64,000 nt of DNA. Origin: a virus. How positions within the stretch are numbered: the first letter of the stretch is position 1; every line of letters begins with the position of its first letter. The position numbers and the translations under genes are program-made. The stretch is taken from positions 1-64,000 of the IMG/VR virus record IMGVR_UViG_3300010373_000001; one strand, given 5' to 3'. Positions 63,204 through 64,000 of the stretch are shown here, in pieces. The notes under the pieces were generated by a model that did not search any database, had not been told where the DNA came from, and saw only the letters and a list, made by a program, of their open reading frames with translations.

Positions 63204-64000
63204 TCATCTGCGCCTTCTCTGATAGAGGATGTTCTGGTATACTTCCGCTTCCTCTGCTTCCTCGTAATCCATCTTGGTAAGAATGCAGGCCATTGACAAT
63301 GAATCCGGGTAGTCATCGTGTGCGTTAGCAGCTTTAGGAGCCTTGGCTATAAAGTACGGACCCTTGTACTCTGATTCAAGATCTTCCATTTCCTGATAGA
63401 ATCTCTGGAACTTACGAAGTCTCTTAACTTTAGAACCTGCTGGCCAGGAAATCTGCTTGCGGTCCATCAGGTTTCTTAGGTGAGCCCATCTTACTGTCTG
63501 CTCTGACTGCGCTGAGCCAAGCTCAACAAATTCTATATGCGGATTAAGAACCTGAAGCCTCTGGCAGACTGTATCTCCCAGGCCGCCGATATCTATACCG
63601 ACTTTCCATACACGGTAGTTAGCCAGGAACTCAGTGATCCTGAAGTACTGCTCTTCCCAGTCCATACCTTCAAGGTCAAGCCAATTCAGTACGCGGTGAT
63701 GATATAGCCCGAAAGGATCAGGATTATCCCAGTCAACAAAGACAACAGTAACAATTGTACGATCCTGTTTTCTTGCACAGTCGATACCGACGACAACTGG
63801 GGTTTTGTGATAGGCGTGTACCACTGACTGCATCGAAATGTCCCCAAGTTCATCCAGCTTCTCGCTGGTGGTGAACATACCCTTGTCGAGAATCCACATA
63901 ACCCTGTAGGAAAGCTTGAACTCGTCCGAATCTTCTCCAAGCCTGTCACGCTCTTTAGTTGCCCTCTTAAGATAATCAGGGTTATACTTGCCGACTGTTT
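63204..64000 (-). CDS. terL: terminase large subunit, C-terminal nuclease domain (5' end outside the window)
   Basis: VGIDCAR..DRT, GIDIGGLGD, AHDDYPDS; frame is open to the window edge (TVGKYNPDY..SDEFKLSY). Confidence 0.9.
   Translation of the reverse strand, partial: TVGKYNPDYLKRATKERDRLGEDSDEFKLSYRVMWILDKGMFTTSEKLDELGDISMQSVVHAYHKTPVVVGIDCARKQDRTIVTVVFVDWDNPDPFGLYHHRVLNWLDLEGMDWEEQYFRITEFLANYRVWKVGIDIGGLGDTVCQRLQVLNPHIEFVELGSAQSEQTVRWAHLRNLMDRKQISWPAGSKVKRLRKFQRFYQEMEDLESEYKGPYFIAKAPKAANAHDDYPDSLSMACILTKMDYEEAEEAEVYQNILYQRRRR

Noticed and set aside
1-64000. tRNA genes, integrase, reverse transcriptase/DGR
   Set aside because: None recognised by eye and most spacers are too short; tRNAscan-SE and HMM searches would be needed to exclude them formally

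Overview
This window is a 64 kb piece of a tailed dsDNA phage genome with a contractile (myovirus-type) tail. The host is most likely an actinobacterium, because the phage encodes a WhiB-family regulator. Essentially every credible gene is on the minus strand, so the window reads right to left. The order is: terminase large subunit (cut by the window edge), appendage block A, portal, scaffold, N4-gp56-type major capsid, appendage block B, neck, sheath, tube, tail chaperone, tape measure (NlpC/P60 plus lysozyme-like domain) and baseplate. A structured non-coding gap at 25.15-25.39 kb follows. Next come replication and recombination genes (DnaB, primase, SNF2 helicase, SSB, family A polymerase, RecA, WhiB, Cas4-like nuclease, resolvases). 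The left end holds SpoVS, small basic proteins, a GH25 endolysin and holin, an Acb2/Tad1-like sponge and a TGT/DpdA-like fusion protein. I saw no integrase, tRNA or CRISPR array. The most interesting signals are: (1) a shared [LI]-x2-3-QF motif on six small unrelated proteins, a candidate capsid-loading tag; (2) a lone plus-strand small RNA with anti-Shine-Dalgarno loops; (3) two three-way-junction RNAs; (4) a probable ATT start on a TGT-fold/Zn fusion lacking one catalytic Asp; (5) a +1 chaperone frameshift; (6) two paralogous fibre modules. All assignments come from reading motifs by eye. No database search or folding program was run.
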